The notes: generated by a model from the sequence alone, not told the origin. A stretch of 64,000 bases of DNA from an uncultured Actinomycetota bacterium (GCA_963751485.1 CAVVUT010000018.1:312970-376969); one strand, 5' to 3'. Positions 20,945 through 30,287 are shown, counted from the first letter of the stretch. Numbers and translations: made by a program.

Positions 20945-21315
20945 CAAGCTCAGCCGACGAACTGGTCACCGAATTCTGCAAGAAGTGGGCCAACCCCGAC
21001 CCTGAGGAGTTGGCCCACTTCTTCACCGAAGACGGTGTCTACCACAATATTCCGATGGAACCGGTGCAGGGACGAGAGGCCATCAAGCAGTTCATCGCAG
21101 GATTCATGGCCGGCTTCGACGGAATCGACTTCCAGGTGCACAAGCAGGTCTGCGACGGCAACCTGGTGATGAACGAGCGCACCGACGTCATGCGGCGCAA
21201 GGACGGCGACCCGATACCGCTACCCGTGACGGGGGTCTTCGAGATCAAGGACGGCCGGATTGCGGCGTGGCGGGACTACTTCGACATGGCCACGATCACC
21301 AGCGCCTTCAGCTAG
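20941..21315 (+). CDS. Limonene-1,2-epoxide hydrolase family protein
   Basis: YHNIPM, VMNERTD, AAWRDYFD catalytic motifs. Confidence 0.88.
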   Translation: MTSSADELVTEFCKKWANPDPEELAHFFTEDGVYHNIPMEPVQGREAIKQFIAGFMAGFDGIDFQVHKQVCDGNLVMNERTDVMRRKDGDPIPLPVTGVFEIKDGRIAAWRDYFDMATITSAFS

Positions 21316-21370
21316 TTCAGCGGTCGCCTTCCGCGCGAGCCGCCTTTCCTCGCGAGCAATAGCTCCTATG

Positions 21371-22426
21371 TCAAGCCGCTGCTTGTTGGGTGTGTTGGAT
21401 GCGGGTTTGATGATCCTGTTGTAGGCGGTGGAACACGTTGCGGGATATGCGGCGTTTGACGCAGCGTCGTGCTGCGGCCTTGGTTTTCCCGGCGGCCCGT
21501 AGCTTCTCGTAGTAGGCGTGGCCTTGGCTGCCGGTCATGCGGATCTGGGTGAGGGCGATGACGTGGATGGCGGCGTTGATCTGGCGGTTACCCGAGCGGC
21601 TGAGCCGCATCTGGCCTTCGGTGTTGCCTGACCACACTGGGATGGGGGCGACCCCGGCGTGACAGGCGAAGGCGGCCTCGCTTTTGAATCGGCTGACCGC
21701 GGCGGCTTCGCCGAGGATCTTGGCCGCGGTCAGTTCCCCGCAGCCGGGGATGCCCAGCAGCTGGGGGGCGACTTCGCGGACCCGTTCGCCGCGGCGCTTG
21801 GCCAGGGTGTTGATTTGGGCGGTGCGGGCGATGATGTCGGCCAGCTCGGCGCGCGCCAGCTCGGCCACCAGCCCGGGCATTGTGTCCAACCACGCCTTTA
21901 AGGCTTGCTGATGCTTGGCTGCGTTGAGCGAGCGCGGTGGGGGCGCCTGCTCGGGGTCGAGTTCATGGACATGCCAGCGCAGCCGGTTGATCGCCGACGT
22001 GCGTTGGGCCACAAGGACATCACGACGATCGGTGAGCAACTTCAACTCCCGCGACACCTCATCATGAGAGGCCACCGGCAGGTCGGGTTCACGCAGCACA
22101 GCCCGCGCCACCGCCTCGGCGTCGATGGGATCGGACTTACCACGGGTGCGTGCGGACGTGCGCACCGCATGCATCAGTTTAGTGGGAACCCGCACTACCT
22201 GCTGCCCGGCGGTCAACAGATCGCGTTCCAGGCGCGCGGACATGTTGCGGCAGTCCTCGATGCCCCAGATCAGCTCGACGCCGAACTGATCGCGCGCCCA
22301 CATGATGGCCGCGGTGTGTCCAGCCGTGGTGGCCTTGACGGTCTTCTCGCCGAGCTTGCGACCGACGTCATTGACGGCGACAAAGGTGTGTCTGCGCTTG
22401 TGCACATCGGCTCCAACAACAACCAT
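21371..22426 (-). CDS. IS110 DEDD recombinase/transposase
   Basis: VVGADVHK, WGIEDC, KSDPIDA (D-E-D-D) and C-terminal PVWSGN serine; GAAGGAGG RBS; close resemblance to the IS1547 transposase as recalled. Confidence 0.95.
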   Translation of the reverse strand: MVVVGADVHKRRHTFVAVNDVGRKLGEKTVKATTAGHTAAIMWARDQFGVELIWGIEDCRNMSARLERDLLTAGQQVVRVPTKLMHAVRTSARTRGKSDPIDAEAVARAVLREPDLPVASHDEVSRELKLLTDRRDVLVAQRTSAINRLRWHVHELDPEQAPPPRSLNAAKHQQALKAWLDTMPGLVAELARAELADIIARTAQINTLAKRRGERVREVAPQLLGIPGCGELTAAKILGEAAAVSRFKSEAAFACHAGVAPIPVWSGNTEGQMRLSRSGNRQINAAIHVIALTQIRMTGSQGHAYYEKLRAAGKTKAAARRCVKRRISRNVFHRLQQDHQTRIQHTQQAAA

Positions 22427-22449
22427 GAAGGTTGCCTCCTTCACTCAGA

Positions 22450-22620
22450 GGGTGGTGAGGTTGGGCTGGTCGGCGGACACATCTCAGTCGGGGCGGTTGC
22501 CACGCTCCTATCAAGTCACGCCGGCCGGTCCTTCTCACCCGATGTCGGCACTACTGCTCAACGCCAACCCGCAGGCGGCAGACGCAAAGTGAGCCAAACA
22601 CCGGGTGATCCAGAACCAAC
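22450..22620 (-). ncRNA. Predicted bridge RNA of the IS110 element
   Basis: Target-matching segments at 22578-22588 and 22554-22559 flank a CGCC/GGCG stem; donor-matching segments at 22504-22511 and 22483-22488; ends approximate. Confidence 0.7.
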
Positions 22621-22682
22621 CACCACGCCACGGCACCTGTCACGGCGACACACCCCAACGCGGCACACCCACATTCACACTG

Positions 22683-22736
22683 AGACGCAAAAGTCCGCAA
22701 AGTCCGAGGAGAAGCCGAACTTTTGCGTCTGCTCGC
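22683..22736. repeat. REP-like palindrome interrupted by IS110 (first part of the left arm at 21351-21357)
   Basis: Rejoined left arm GCGAGCAGACGCAAAAGT is the exact reverse complement of ACTTTTGCGTCTGCTCGC (22719-22736). Confidence 0.85.
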
Positions 22737-22745
22737 CGAAGAAAA

Positions 22746-23708
22746 CTAGGCCAACAACCGGACCGAGGGGTGGCGGGTGTCGGTGAGGATCTCGAACATG
22801 GCCCGGCGGGTGGCGACGAGCTCGGCCGTCATTCCGCTGCCGGACAATCGGATTCGACACGTCGCGAGTGCCGAGTTGTAGCAGTACTTCGAGTGCCCGC
22901 CGGTGTCGGTGTACGTCAGGCCGATGACGTCGTGCGGGTCGGCGGTTATCTCGCCGTCGAGCGTCACGTCATCGACGCGGGCACCGAACGTCCAGCTGAA
23001 CGGCCTGTACTCACCGCGCGTGTGCCGGATCGCAAGGACCGATCGCACAGCCACTTCGCGCCCGTCATGGCGAAGCACGAACAGCGTCGCGGCCGGCAGC
23101 GAGACGGGGCCGAAACCCGCGTGCGCGGTGACGATCTCCAGGCTCGAATCGGGCGCGTCGTCGAAACCGCACACCTGCCCGAACGCATAGGCGGGTGTGT
23201 GCCTGCGGCCCCAGTTGTGGTTGACGCTGCCGGTCCATCCGTCGACCTGAAAGCGGACGTCGTCGAGCTCCACAGTGCCGTCGAAGCCGGCCAGCGGGTG
23301 GCGCACCATCGTCTTGGCGGACGGGAACTTCGCCTTGTAACCACGCTCGGTGAGCAGCTTGACGGGGCGTTCATCACCCCGGGTGATCTGCAGGTCCCAG
23401 CGCGCTGACCGGTCGCCGGTGACGGTGCCGCATGCTGCGTTGTCGTCGATGGTGGTCTCGCCGATCCTGGCGGTCCAGGTGTCGTATTGGAAGTCGGACT
23501 GGTCGATGGGATACGGCTGCTTGTGCGCACGATTTCCTGCGCCGTCGGGGTCGAAGAGCATCACCCACGCGTCGGCGACCGGTGCGCCCGCCGTCGGCAG
23601 CAACAGCGTCGAGCGCAGCCAGAGGGCCTGCGCGCGATCGGCGTTGTTCGCGCGGATGAACCGGCTCTCGTAGTAGGGCGGCTGCGGCTTCACCAGACCA
23701 GCATCCAA
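22746..23708 (-). CDS. Hypothetical protein, possibly AttH/tocopherol-cyclase-like beta-barrel
   Basis: 320-aa ORF; YYESRF and GSVNHNWG motifs reminiscent of this fold. Confidence 0.55.
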   Translation of the reverse strand: MDAGLVKPQPPYYESRFIRANNADRAQALWLRSTLLLPTAGAPVADAWVMLFDPDGAGNRAHKQPYPIDQSDFQYDTWTARIGETTIDDNAACGTVTGDRSARWDLQITRGDERPVKLLTERGYKAKFPSAKTMVRHPLAGFDGTVELDDVRFQVDGWTGSVNHNWGRRHTPAYAFGQVCGFDDAPDSSLEIVTAHAGFGPVSLPAATLFVLRHDGREVAVRSVLAIRHTRGEYRPFSWTFGARVDDVTLDGEITADPHDVIGLTYTDTGGHSKYCYNSALATCRIRLSGSGMTAELVATRRAMFEILTDTRHPSVRLLA

Positions 23709-23718
23709 TACTGGACCG

Positions 23719-24501
23719 GTGACCGGTATGCAGATCGTCGCCTACGTGCTGGCCGCCGTTGCCGTCGCAGAGGCCGTCGCGCTCGTCGTCCTCGGTGTCC
23801 AGCTCAACAGTGTCCGGCGCGAGGCCGACGAACTTCGCAGCCGCGTCGATGCCCGCAACCTGCTGCTGTCCGGCAGCCGCGAGGCGGTCAAGAACTTGTG
23901 GCAGACCGCGAACATCATCCGCAAGGAAGGGTTCGGCGCCGCGGTCCGCTCGTCGATCGAGGATCTCGCCGATTGGGCCGAGGTGGAGCGACCCGACCTG
24001 GCCCGGCTGGCGCCCGACGGCAACGTGGCGATCATGTTCTCCGACATCGAGGAGTCGACGGCGCTCAACGAGCGCATCGGCGATCGCGCCTGGGTGCGGC
24101 TGATCGGCAGGCACGACAAGATGGTTCGGCGGTACGTGCAGAGCCACCGCGGACACGTAGTCAAGAGTCAGGGCGACGGGTTCATGGTTGCCTTCGCCGA
24201 GCCCGCGCAGGCGGTGCGGTGCAGCATCGATCTGCAACAGGCACTTCACAAGCGGCCGAACGAAATTCGCGTGCGCATCGGTATCCACTCCGGTAAGTCG
24301 GTGCGACGCGGCGACGACCTGTTCGGCAGGAACGTCGCGATGGCCGCACGGGTGGCCGCGGAAGCCGACGGCGGACAGACGCTGGTCAGCGAACCGGTGC
24401 GCGATGCCGCGGGCGACGACATCGCCTTCGACGACGGCCGCGATGTCGAACTGAAGGGCTTCAGCGGCAAGCACCGGTTGTACGCGGTCAAAGCCGCCTA
24501 G
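23719..24501 (+). CDS. Class III adenylate/guanylate cyclase with N-terminal TM/coiled coil (Rv1120c-like)
   Basis: [36 protein letters not shown]. Confidence 0.88.
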   Translation: MTGMQIVAYVLAAVAVAEAVALVVLGVQLNSVRREADELRSRVDARNLLLSGSREAVKNLWQTANIIRKEGFGAAVRSSIEDLADWAEVERPDLARLAPDGNVAIMFSDIEESTALNERIGDRAWVRLIGRHDKMVRRYVQSHRGHVVKSQGDGFMVAFAEPAQAVRCSIDLQQALHKRPNEIRVRIGIHSGKSVRRGDDLFGRNVAMAARVAAEADGGQTLVSEPVRDAAGDDIAFDDGRDVELKGFSGKHRLYAVKAA

Positions 24502-24513
24502 CCTCGGACGGCG

Positions 24514-24675
24514 TTACTTCTTCTGCTCCGACTCGGCCAGCCGCTGGTGCAGCCGGGCCCGGATGTCGTCGGGGGTGTAAGAATTACGCCGCCGCTGATC
24601 GCGCGCGACCAGAACGCCACCTGCGACGACACCGGCCACGCCGGCCATGCCGACCCACTTCCAGATGCTGTGCAT
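24514..24675 (-). CDS. Small membrane-anchored protein
   Basis: MHSIWKWVGMAGVAGVVAGGVLVARDQRRR...; single TM helix followed by a charged tail. Confidence 0.6.
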   Translation of the reverse strand: MHSIWKWVGMAGVAGVVAGGVLVARDQRRRNSYTPDDIRARLHQRLAESEQKK

Positions 24676-24702
24676 ACCCGTCAGTGTGCCTAAGCTGCGC
24701 AG

Positions 24703-25398
24703 GTGGATGCGAACACGGTCACCCTCGAGCGCGCCCTCAACGAGACCCGTACCGGGGATATCTGGCTGTTCCGCGGCGCTTCGCGACCGGATCGCGCGAT
24801 CCAGACCATGACCAATGCCCCGGTCAACCACGTCGGCATGACGGTCGCGATCGACGACCTGCCGCCATTGATGTGGCACGCCGAACTCGGCGACAAGCTG
24901 CAGGACATGTGGACGGGCACCCATCACCGCGGAGTGCAGCTCAACGACGCGAAAGCCGCCGTCGAGCGCTGGATCGTGAACTACGGGCAGCGGTGCTGGC
25001 TGCGTCAGCTCACCCCGTATGCCACCCGCGAGCAGGAGGACGAGGTGTTGCGGGTCATCGCGCGGATGGACGGCACACCGTTCCCCAGCACGGCACGGCT
25101 GACGGGTCGGTGGTTTCGCGGGCGCGTTCCGACAACCAGCGACTGGACCAGAGGTATCCCGTTCTTGGACAAGAGGGTTCGCGCATCCGCTCAGCGCAGG
25201 AGGGCCGAAGGGCGCAAGGTGGCGCTGGAGACCGCCTACTGCGCCGAGACCGTCGCCGTCACGTATGAGGAGATGGGACTGCTGACCACCGAGAAGCACA
25301 CCAGCTGGTTCGACCCCGGCAGGTTCTGGAGCGGGGATGCGCTGCCGCTTAACGAGGGCTTCCGGCTCGGCGACGAAATTGCCGTGGTACTCGGTTAA
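24703..25398 (+). CDS. Permuted papain-like (YiiX/YebB, NlpC/P60) protein, Rv1118c-like
   Basis: TGDIWLF, NHVGM (His) upstream of AYCAE (Cys). Confidence 0.7.
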   Translation: MDANTVTLERALNETRTGDIWLFRGASRPDRAIQTMTNAPVNHVGMTVAIDDLPPLMWHAELGDKLQDMWTGTHHRGVQLNDAKAAVERWIVNYGQRCWLRQLTPYATREQEDEVLRVIARMDGTPFPSTARLTGRWFRGRVPTTSDWTRGIPFLDKRVRASAQRRRAEGRKVALETAYCAETVAVTYEEMGLLTTEKHTSWFDPGRFWSGDALPLNEGFRLGDEIAVVLG

Positions 25399-25436
25399 CC
25401 GATCGTGGGCGGTGCGGTTGCGCTAGCTTTGCTCGG

Positions 25437-25841
25437 ATGCGCCTGACAAACGCCTTCTTCGCCAACCACGCAGAGGTGGTTGACGACATGCTCAACGTGA
25501 CCGGCGGTTGTTGGACCTCGACCGCCGTCGCCGACGGATCGACCGCGTTTGCGACCCGCTGTGTCATCTTCTGCGAAGTCAGCAGGCAGGACCGGGACAA
25601 GCAATTCGGTCTTCACATCGACGCGGCAGGACCGGGCGGTCAGCAGTGGACGCCTGCGCGATCGTCGTACTTCTCAATGCCGAGCCGGATCGCGTTCATG
25701 GTCACACCCACTATCGCGCTGCCGATCGAGCCCAGCGGCGGGCTACACGTCTACACCGTCCGCCTCGAAGATCACGAGGAGCGTATCGTCCTGCCGCTGC
25801 ACATCCAGGTGGTCGCCGGGAGTGCGTTCCCGAATCGCTGA
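25437..25841 (+). CDS. Hypothetical protein (DUF6941-like)
   Basis: AFFANHAEVVDDMLNVTGGCW N-terminus; plausible coding region between genes. Confidence 0.5.
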   Translation: MRLTNAFFANHAEVVDDMLNVTGGCWTSTAVADGSTAFATRCVIFCEVSRQDRDKQFGLHIDAAGPGGQQWTPARSSYFSMPSRIAFMVTPTIALPIEPSGGLHVYTVRLEDHEERIVLPLHIQVVAGSAFPNR

Positions 25842-25846
25842 TATCG

Positions 25847-26875
25847 CTACAGGCGCGCGAAGCAGGGGTTCGCGTCCGCTTTCGGGATCGACGCGTTCTG
25901 GCTCGAGAACTTGCCGACCACTCCGCTGTCGGTCACTTCGACACTGTCGGCGTGGATGCCGAGCGGATAGTTGTCGTTCAGCTTCTTGGTGAGGTCGTTG
26001 AGTGCCGACTGCACGGCGTCCTTGGGCAGCGGGCCGGTGACGTCAAGAACCTGAAGGTTCAAATCGCCATCGGTGACAACGGGTTTGGCTGTGACGCTGT
26101 TGTCGCCCGCATCGACCACGATGGTGCCCGCTGCGGGATCGGTGCGGACTCCCGTGATCAGGCTGCCCACCGCAGGCAGGTTGGCCGCCAGAGTCTCTTT
26201 GATGCCCGCGGCCTTCCAGTCGAGTGTCGCGGTCAGCGACCCGATGGTGCCTTTCGAGTCACCCGAATCGCGCAATCGCACGTCTTTGACCGTCACATCG
26301 GCCGTCATTCCCGTCGCGTCCTGGACGTTGTGCCCCGCGGTGGACACCGAGATGTTGGTGTAGTGGCCCGTGATGTGCTGCCACAGAAACGGTGGGTTCA
26401 CGCCGTAGGAGATGGTGACGCCATCCCGGACGACGCATTGGGCGACGTCGACGAGCACGTTGTCGGCGCGGTGTCGCGCGTAGAGTTCTGCTCCCGCCAG
26501 TCCGCCTGCCAAGACCGCGACGATGATGATCGCGATCAGGATGATCGACTGCCGGTTCAAAAATCCCCTGCCGCGCTTCTTCTTGACTTGCGGTGCGACG
26601 GGCTCGGGAGCCGGCGGCTGCTGAGGCAGCGGGCCCCCGGTGGGTGGTTGGGGCGGTCGCGGCGGACCGCCGGCAGGGGGTTGTGCGGGCGGCTGAGGCG
26701 GCCGGAGTTTCTCGGTCGGCGGTACGTCGGGGGGCAGATACCTCGAGCGGATCTTCTCGGTCGGGGGTTCCGGCCTGCGCTGCGGGCGCGGCAGCCGTTG
26801 GGTCGCGGGATCTGGTGGCGGGTTCCCCCCACCTGGACGACCAGGCTGGCCGGGGCGTTGCGGCGGCGTGGTCAT
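25847..26875 (-). CDS. LmeA/DUF2993-family membrane protein
   Basis: Pro-rich N-terminus, one TM helix, GAELYARHRA, PPFLWQ. Confidence 0.75.
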   Translation of the reverse strand: MTTPPQRPGQPGRPGGGNPPPDPATQRLPRPQRRPEPPTEKIRSRYLPPDVPPTEKLRPPQPPAQPPAGGPPRPPQPPTGGPLPQQPPAPEPVAPQVKKKRGRGFLNRQSIILIAIIIVAVLAGGLAGAELYARHRADNVLVDVAQCVVRDGVTISYGVNPPFLWQHITGHYTNISVSTAGHNVQDATGMTADVTVKDVRLRDSGDSKGTIGSLTATLDWKAAGIKETLAANLPAVGSLITGVRTDPAAGTIVVDAGDNSVTAKPVVTDGDLNLQVLDVTGPLPKDAVQSALNDLTKKLNDNYPLGIHADSVEVTDSGVVGKFSSQNASIPKADANPCFARL

Positions 26876-26984
26876 TTGCGCGATTCTGCCTCATCGAGCG
26901 GGCCGCGTCGGATGAATACAGGTCCAAGACACGCCGGAGCGTCATCACGGGTGTTCACGACGGGCCCGGCGGTACCCTCAGCCC

Positions 26985-27338
26985 GTGCCGTCCCGAAGAC
27001 CTTCGGCCGCGGTGCGATATTCGCGCCGGCGGAGGCGCCGTATGGCGGCAAAGGTGCACGACCTCACCGATACTCAGTGGACCGCGCTGCAGGCGGCGTG
27101 GGGTGGCTGCGCCTACTGCGGCGCCATCGGCACGCCCCTGCAGAAGGATTGCGTGTTGCCCATCTCGCGCGGGGGACGCTACGAGCTCGCGAATGTCGTA
27201 CCCAGTTGCCGGTCGTGCAATACCAGCAAGTGCAACGCCGAGGTGACCACCTGGATGCGGCGCAAGAAGCTCGACGAACGGGGATTTCTGGTCCGTCAGG
27301 CCGAGATCAACCGCGACCTCGCAGCCGAGGCCGGCTGA
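26985..27338 (+). CDS. Stand-alone HNH-fold Zn-finger protein
   Basis: CAYC...KDCVLPISRGG...NVVPSCRSCNTSK. Confidence 0.8.
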   Translation: MPSRRPSAAVRYSRRRRRRMAAKVHDLTDTQWTALQAAWGGCAYCGAIGTPLQKDCVLPISRGGRYELANVVPSCRSCNTSKCNAEVTTWMRRKKLDERGFLVRQAEINRDLAAEAG

Positions 27339-27352
27339 CCTCTCTTCTGAAC

Positions 27353-27374
27353 GCCGTCAACAAATGTTGACGGC
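27353..27374. terminator. Near-perfect palindrome GCCGTCAACAAATGTTGACGGC between convergent genes
   Basis: 10-bp stem 15 nt after the HNH stop. Confidence 0.55.
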
Positions 27375-27426
27375 TCATAGACGACAACGCCTTCAGCCAG
27401 AGCCCGGCACGCCCGTCTCGTTGCCG

Positions 27427-28176
27427 TCAGCGCACCGTCCCGCGGGCGGCCCATGCGGTTGCCGTGACGGTGAACGGCCCGCTACCAAGACGTTCGCGGG
27501 CCACTGATTCGAGACGTGCGCGACGATCGTCATCCAGCTGCTGGACGTGTTCTCCAGCAGGGCCGATGCCGTATGTGTACGGCTCCCACCACTCCTCGAA
27601 GGTCGGATGCACCACATCGACCGAAATGGGAACTTCTTCCACATCGCGGAGGCCGGCTGCTTCGAACAGCTCGGTCAGGTGCCCCTTGTGGGCCCCGGAG
27701 AGCAGCGCTTCGTCTTGCGCGTCAGGGTCGATCACGTGAACCGAGTCCCAGAACGGCGCCAGTGCACCGGTCGGCCCGTCCCATACGCATGCCGCCACGA
27801 CACCGCCGAGCCGAGTCACGCGCATCATCTGCCTGATGCCGCCCACCGGATCCGTCATGAAGTGCACCACCAACTGCGCGAGAGCAGCATCGAAAGCGCC
27901 TGTGTCATATGGTAATTCCTCCGCTGTACCCAAACGAACATCAACGTCCGGGAAGCGCTCGCGGATCGCGTCGACGAACGGCGGTGAAGGATCGATCGCC
28001 GTGACTTCAGCTCCGACCGACAGCAGATGCGCGGTCAGCGCGCCAGGCCCGCAGCCCACGTCGAGCACCTTGTCGCCGTGGCGGACTCCGGCGAACGCTT
28101 CGAAGACTTCCGCGAGAGGCGTGGCATACCGGCCCATGAAGCGCGCATAGGCGGCCGGCGAGACGACGAAGCTCAC
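27427..28176 (-). CDS. Class I SAM-dependent methyltransferase
   Basis: VLDVGCGPG motif I. Confidence 0.9.
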   Translation of the reverse strand: MSFVVSPAAYARFMGRYATPLAEVFEAFAGVRHGDKVLDVGCGPGALTAHLLSVGAEVTAIDPSPPFVDAIRERFPDVDVRLGTAEELPYDTGAFDAALAQLVVHFMTDPVGGIRQMMRVTRLGGVVAACVWDGPTGALAPFWDSVHVIDPDAQDEALLSGAHKGHLTELFEAAGLRDVEEVPISVDVVHPTFEEWWEPYTYGIGPAGEHVQQLDDDRRARLESVARERLGSGPFTVTATAWAARGTVR

Positions 28177-28215
28177 TCGGGAATGCTACGTCGCCCGCGG
28201 CAACTCGACACAGGA

Positions 28216-28503
28216 TTATTGCTGCCCCTCAAGGAGATGCGCATAGGGATCGCCATCGGGGCCGACCGTTTCAGGCATCGGGTAGTAAGTCTTGATCAGG
28301 AGATTTCCGTCATCGTCCCAAGCGAAAGTTTCGATGCTGTAAGCCATTTGAACGTTGGGCTCAGTGCAGAAATGATTCTCACAAACCCAGGCCATCGAAG
28401 CCATGCTTCTCCTCCGTGCCGACGGGATCGAACATCCGCTCCACAGTTCAGCGTGTTTGGCGGCGTGCGCCAAACGAGCCCTCCGACTTGGGACACCACT
28501 CAC
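28216..28503 (-). CDS. Small hypothetical protein (start at 28503 or an internal MASMAW start)
   Basis: AAGGAGG RBS before GTG 28503 and GGAGGAG before an internal ATG; no recognisable family. Confidence 0.35.
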   Translation of the reverse strand: MSGVPSRRARLAHAAKHAELWSGCSIPSARRRSMASMAWVCENHFCTEPNVQMAYSIETFAWDDDGNLLIKTYYPMPETVGPDGDPYAHLLEGQQ

Positions 28504-28728
28504 GTCGACCGCCTCCTTGGTGTATCGAGATAAAACATTAACCCCTTAATGAAAATATCTACGGCCGCGTACGCGACCTGCGTCTGAGCTGCGGTTACTT
28601 GCTGGGTTTGGTCGTTGGTCCGTTTCGGAACTCGACCACGTCGCCGTCGGTCCATCGCCACGTTTGATTGGTCACCGCGCAGGGTAATTGAAGGCCATCC
28701 TTGGCGCGGGTCGTTCTAGTCGCCGTCA

Positions 28729-29016
28729 TTGAGGAGGTTGACTCATCATGTTCAACATTGCCGGCGCGCTCAACACGCTGATTTGGTTCTCATTGTCATC
28801 GTTGTCATAGCTGTGATCGTGTGGGCCGTGCGCATGGCATTCGAATCGCGTGGCGGCCGAACGTACCGCGAGGAGAGAGTCGTACAACAACCGGTTTCTC
28901 AACGCCCGGCCCCTGCGGGTAATTTGGCGCCAGGCTGGTACCCGGACCAAAACGACCACAAAATGGTGCGGTACTACGACGGTCGAGTTTGGACCTCAGA
29001 GACCCGCAACGCTTAG
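28729..29016 (+). CDS. DUF2510-domain membrane protein
   Basis: TM helix followed by APGWYPDQNDHKMVRYYDGRVWT. Confidence 0.75.
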   Translation: MRRLTHHVQHCRRAQHADLVLIVIVVIAVIVWAVRMAFESRGGRTYREERVVQQPVSQRPAPAGNLAPGWYPDQNDHKMVRYYDGRVWTSETRNA

Positions 29017-29297
29017 CCGTCGGAACGCGTCCACCGCTCCAACCTGTCCAGGTTCGCCACTACTGCCGCATACCGAGATGCGGCGGAGTCAGCGACCAGA
29101 TGAAGTCCTCGTGCAACAGCAGCCCGTCCGGCTGTTCCTGCCACGAGTGTCGAATTCGAGGACCGAGACCCAGCATCGTCAACACGCCGCGCGGGCAACG
29201 GACATGCCGATGCCCTATCGCCATTGCGACCACGAATTTCTGGAAGGTTGGCACATCGCGGCCAGCGGTGTCGCGTCAACACGGACCGCCGCCGGGC

Positions 29298-30287
29298 TTA
29301 ACCGGCGATTCGCGCGAATGCTTCGAGCTCCCTGGCAACGTTGGGACCAGAGGGGTTGTACATGACCTCCTGGTGGCCCGCCTCTGCCAGTCGGGCGAGC
29401 GCTTGTCTGACTGCAGCGGGTTCACCGACCTTCATTTCCAACACATTTGACGTTCGACCGTTGACGTCCACGTGCTCGAGCAGTGCAACGTCACGTTCGG
29501 TGAGGTGCGTGACGTGTCCTTCGAAAGTGAGCAGATGACGCTCCTCTTCCGGCGCTAACGCTTCGAGGGACGCTCGCCAGGTAGCCCCGCCTGGCAACGC
29601 GTCGACTGCAGCTGCGCCGCCGTGGTGATAAGCCGTGTGCCACCGCGTGACTCCCCACGGTCCCACCGCCATGAGAACGCGTGGTGAGCGTGGACTTTCA
29701 CCTTCGTCGAGGACCGTGCCGGTCATCATGGTGGCGGACGGCAGACGCGGATGCGGTGGCCCGATAATTCCGTCGGCTACTTCGTGCGCCCGCTCGTTGC
29801 CTCGCGGACCCATCACGCTGAGCCACAGTGGCACTTGGACCGGCCGTTGAGCCGTCATGCCTGGCCAATGCGACATGCGCGCTGCCTTACCGTCAATGAC
29901 AACCGTTTCTCCGGCCAGCGTGCGTCGCAGCAATCCGACATAGTCAAACAGTGCGCTCAGCGTCATCGGAGCCTGGCCCAATGCCCAGTGAGCGTTCCCG
30001 CCGGTACCGAAGCATGCGCGAAATCGGTTGTCGGACAGTCGAGCGATCGTCGCGATACTCGAGGCCATCGCCATGACCGAACGCTCCGACGGAATCAGCA
30101 CGGCGGTGGCCAACCCGATCCGCGTCGTACGACTGGCTGCCAGCGCGAGGTGCACAAAGGGGTCCTCCCAAAGCGAGGCGGAATCGAAGATCCACACTCT
30201 CGCGTAACCCAGTTCCTCCGCCAACACCGTCAGATCGGCGAAGTCGGGCCCAGGAGGCAGTCCGCAGGAAAGTTCGATATCGACCAT
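29298..30287 (-). CDS. LLM-class (luciferase-like) flavin/F420-dependent oxidoreductase
   Basis: AEELGYARVWIFDS, TTRIGLATAV, PLWLSVMGPR. Confidence 0.85.
   Translation of the reverse strand: MVDIELSCGLPPGPDFADLTVLAEELGYARVWIFDSASLWEDPFVHLALAASRTTRIGLATAVLIPSERSVMAMASSIATIARLSDNRFRACFGTGGNAHWALGQAPMTLSALFDYVGLLRRTLAGETVVIDGKAARMSHWPGMTAQRPVQVPLWLSVMGPRGNERAHEVADGIIGPPHPRLPSATMMTGTVLDEGESPRSPRVLMAVGPWGVTRWHTAYHHGGAAAVDALPGGATWRASLEALAPEEERHLLTFEGHVTHLTERDVALLEHVDVNGRTSNVLEMKVGEPAAVRQALARLAEAGHQEVMYNPSGPNVARELEAFARIAG

Larger units (their letters stand above)
21358..22684 (-). mobile_element. IS110-family insertion sequence (IS1547-like), ~1.33 kb, no terminal inverted repeats
   Basis: Transposase plus ~255-bp upstream non-coding end; removing the element rejoins CGCGAGC|AGACGCAAAAGT, restoring an 18-bp perfect inverted repeat with 22719-22736. 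Confidence 0.92.

Noticed and set aside
25508-27370. 620-aa plus-strand ORF
   Set aside because: Spans three better-supported genes; low-complexity shadow frame
29017-29297. Small ORFs in the islet (29013-29282, 29060-29254)
   Set aside because: No RBS or family motif recognised; treated as non-coding or decayed DNA
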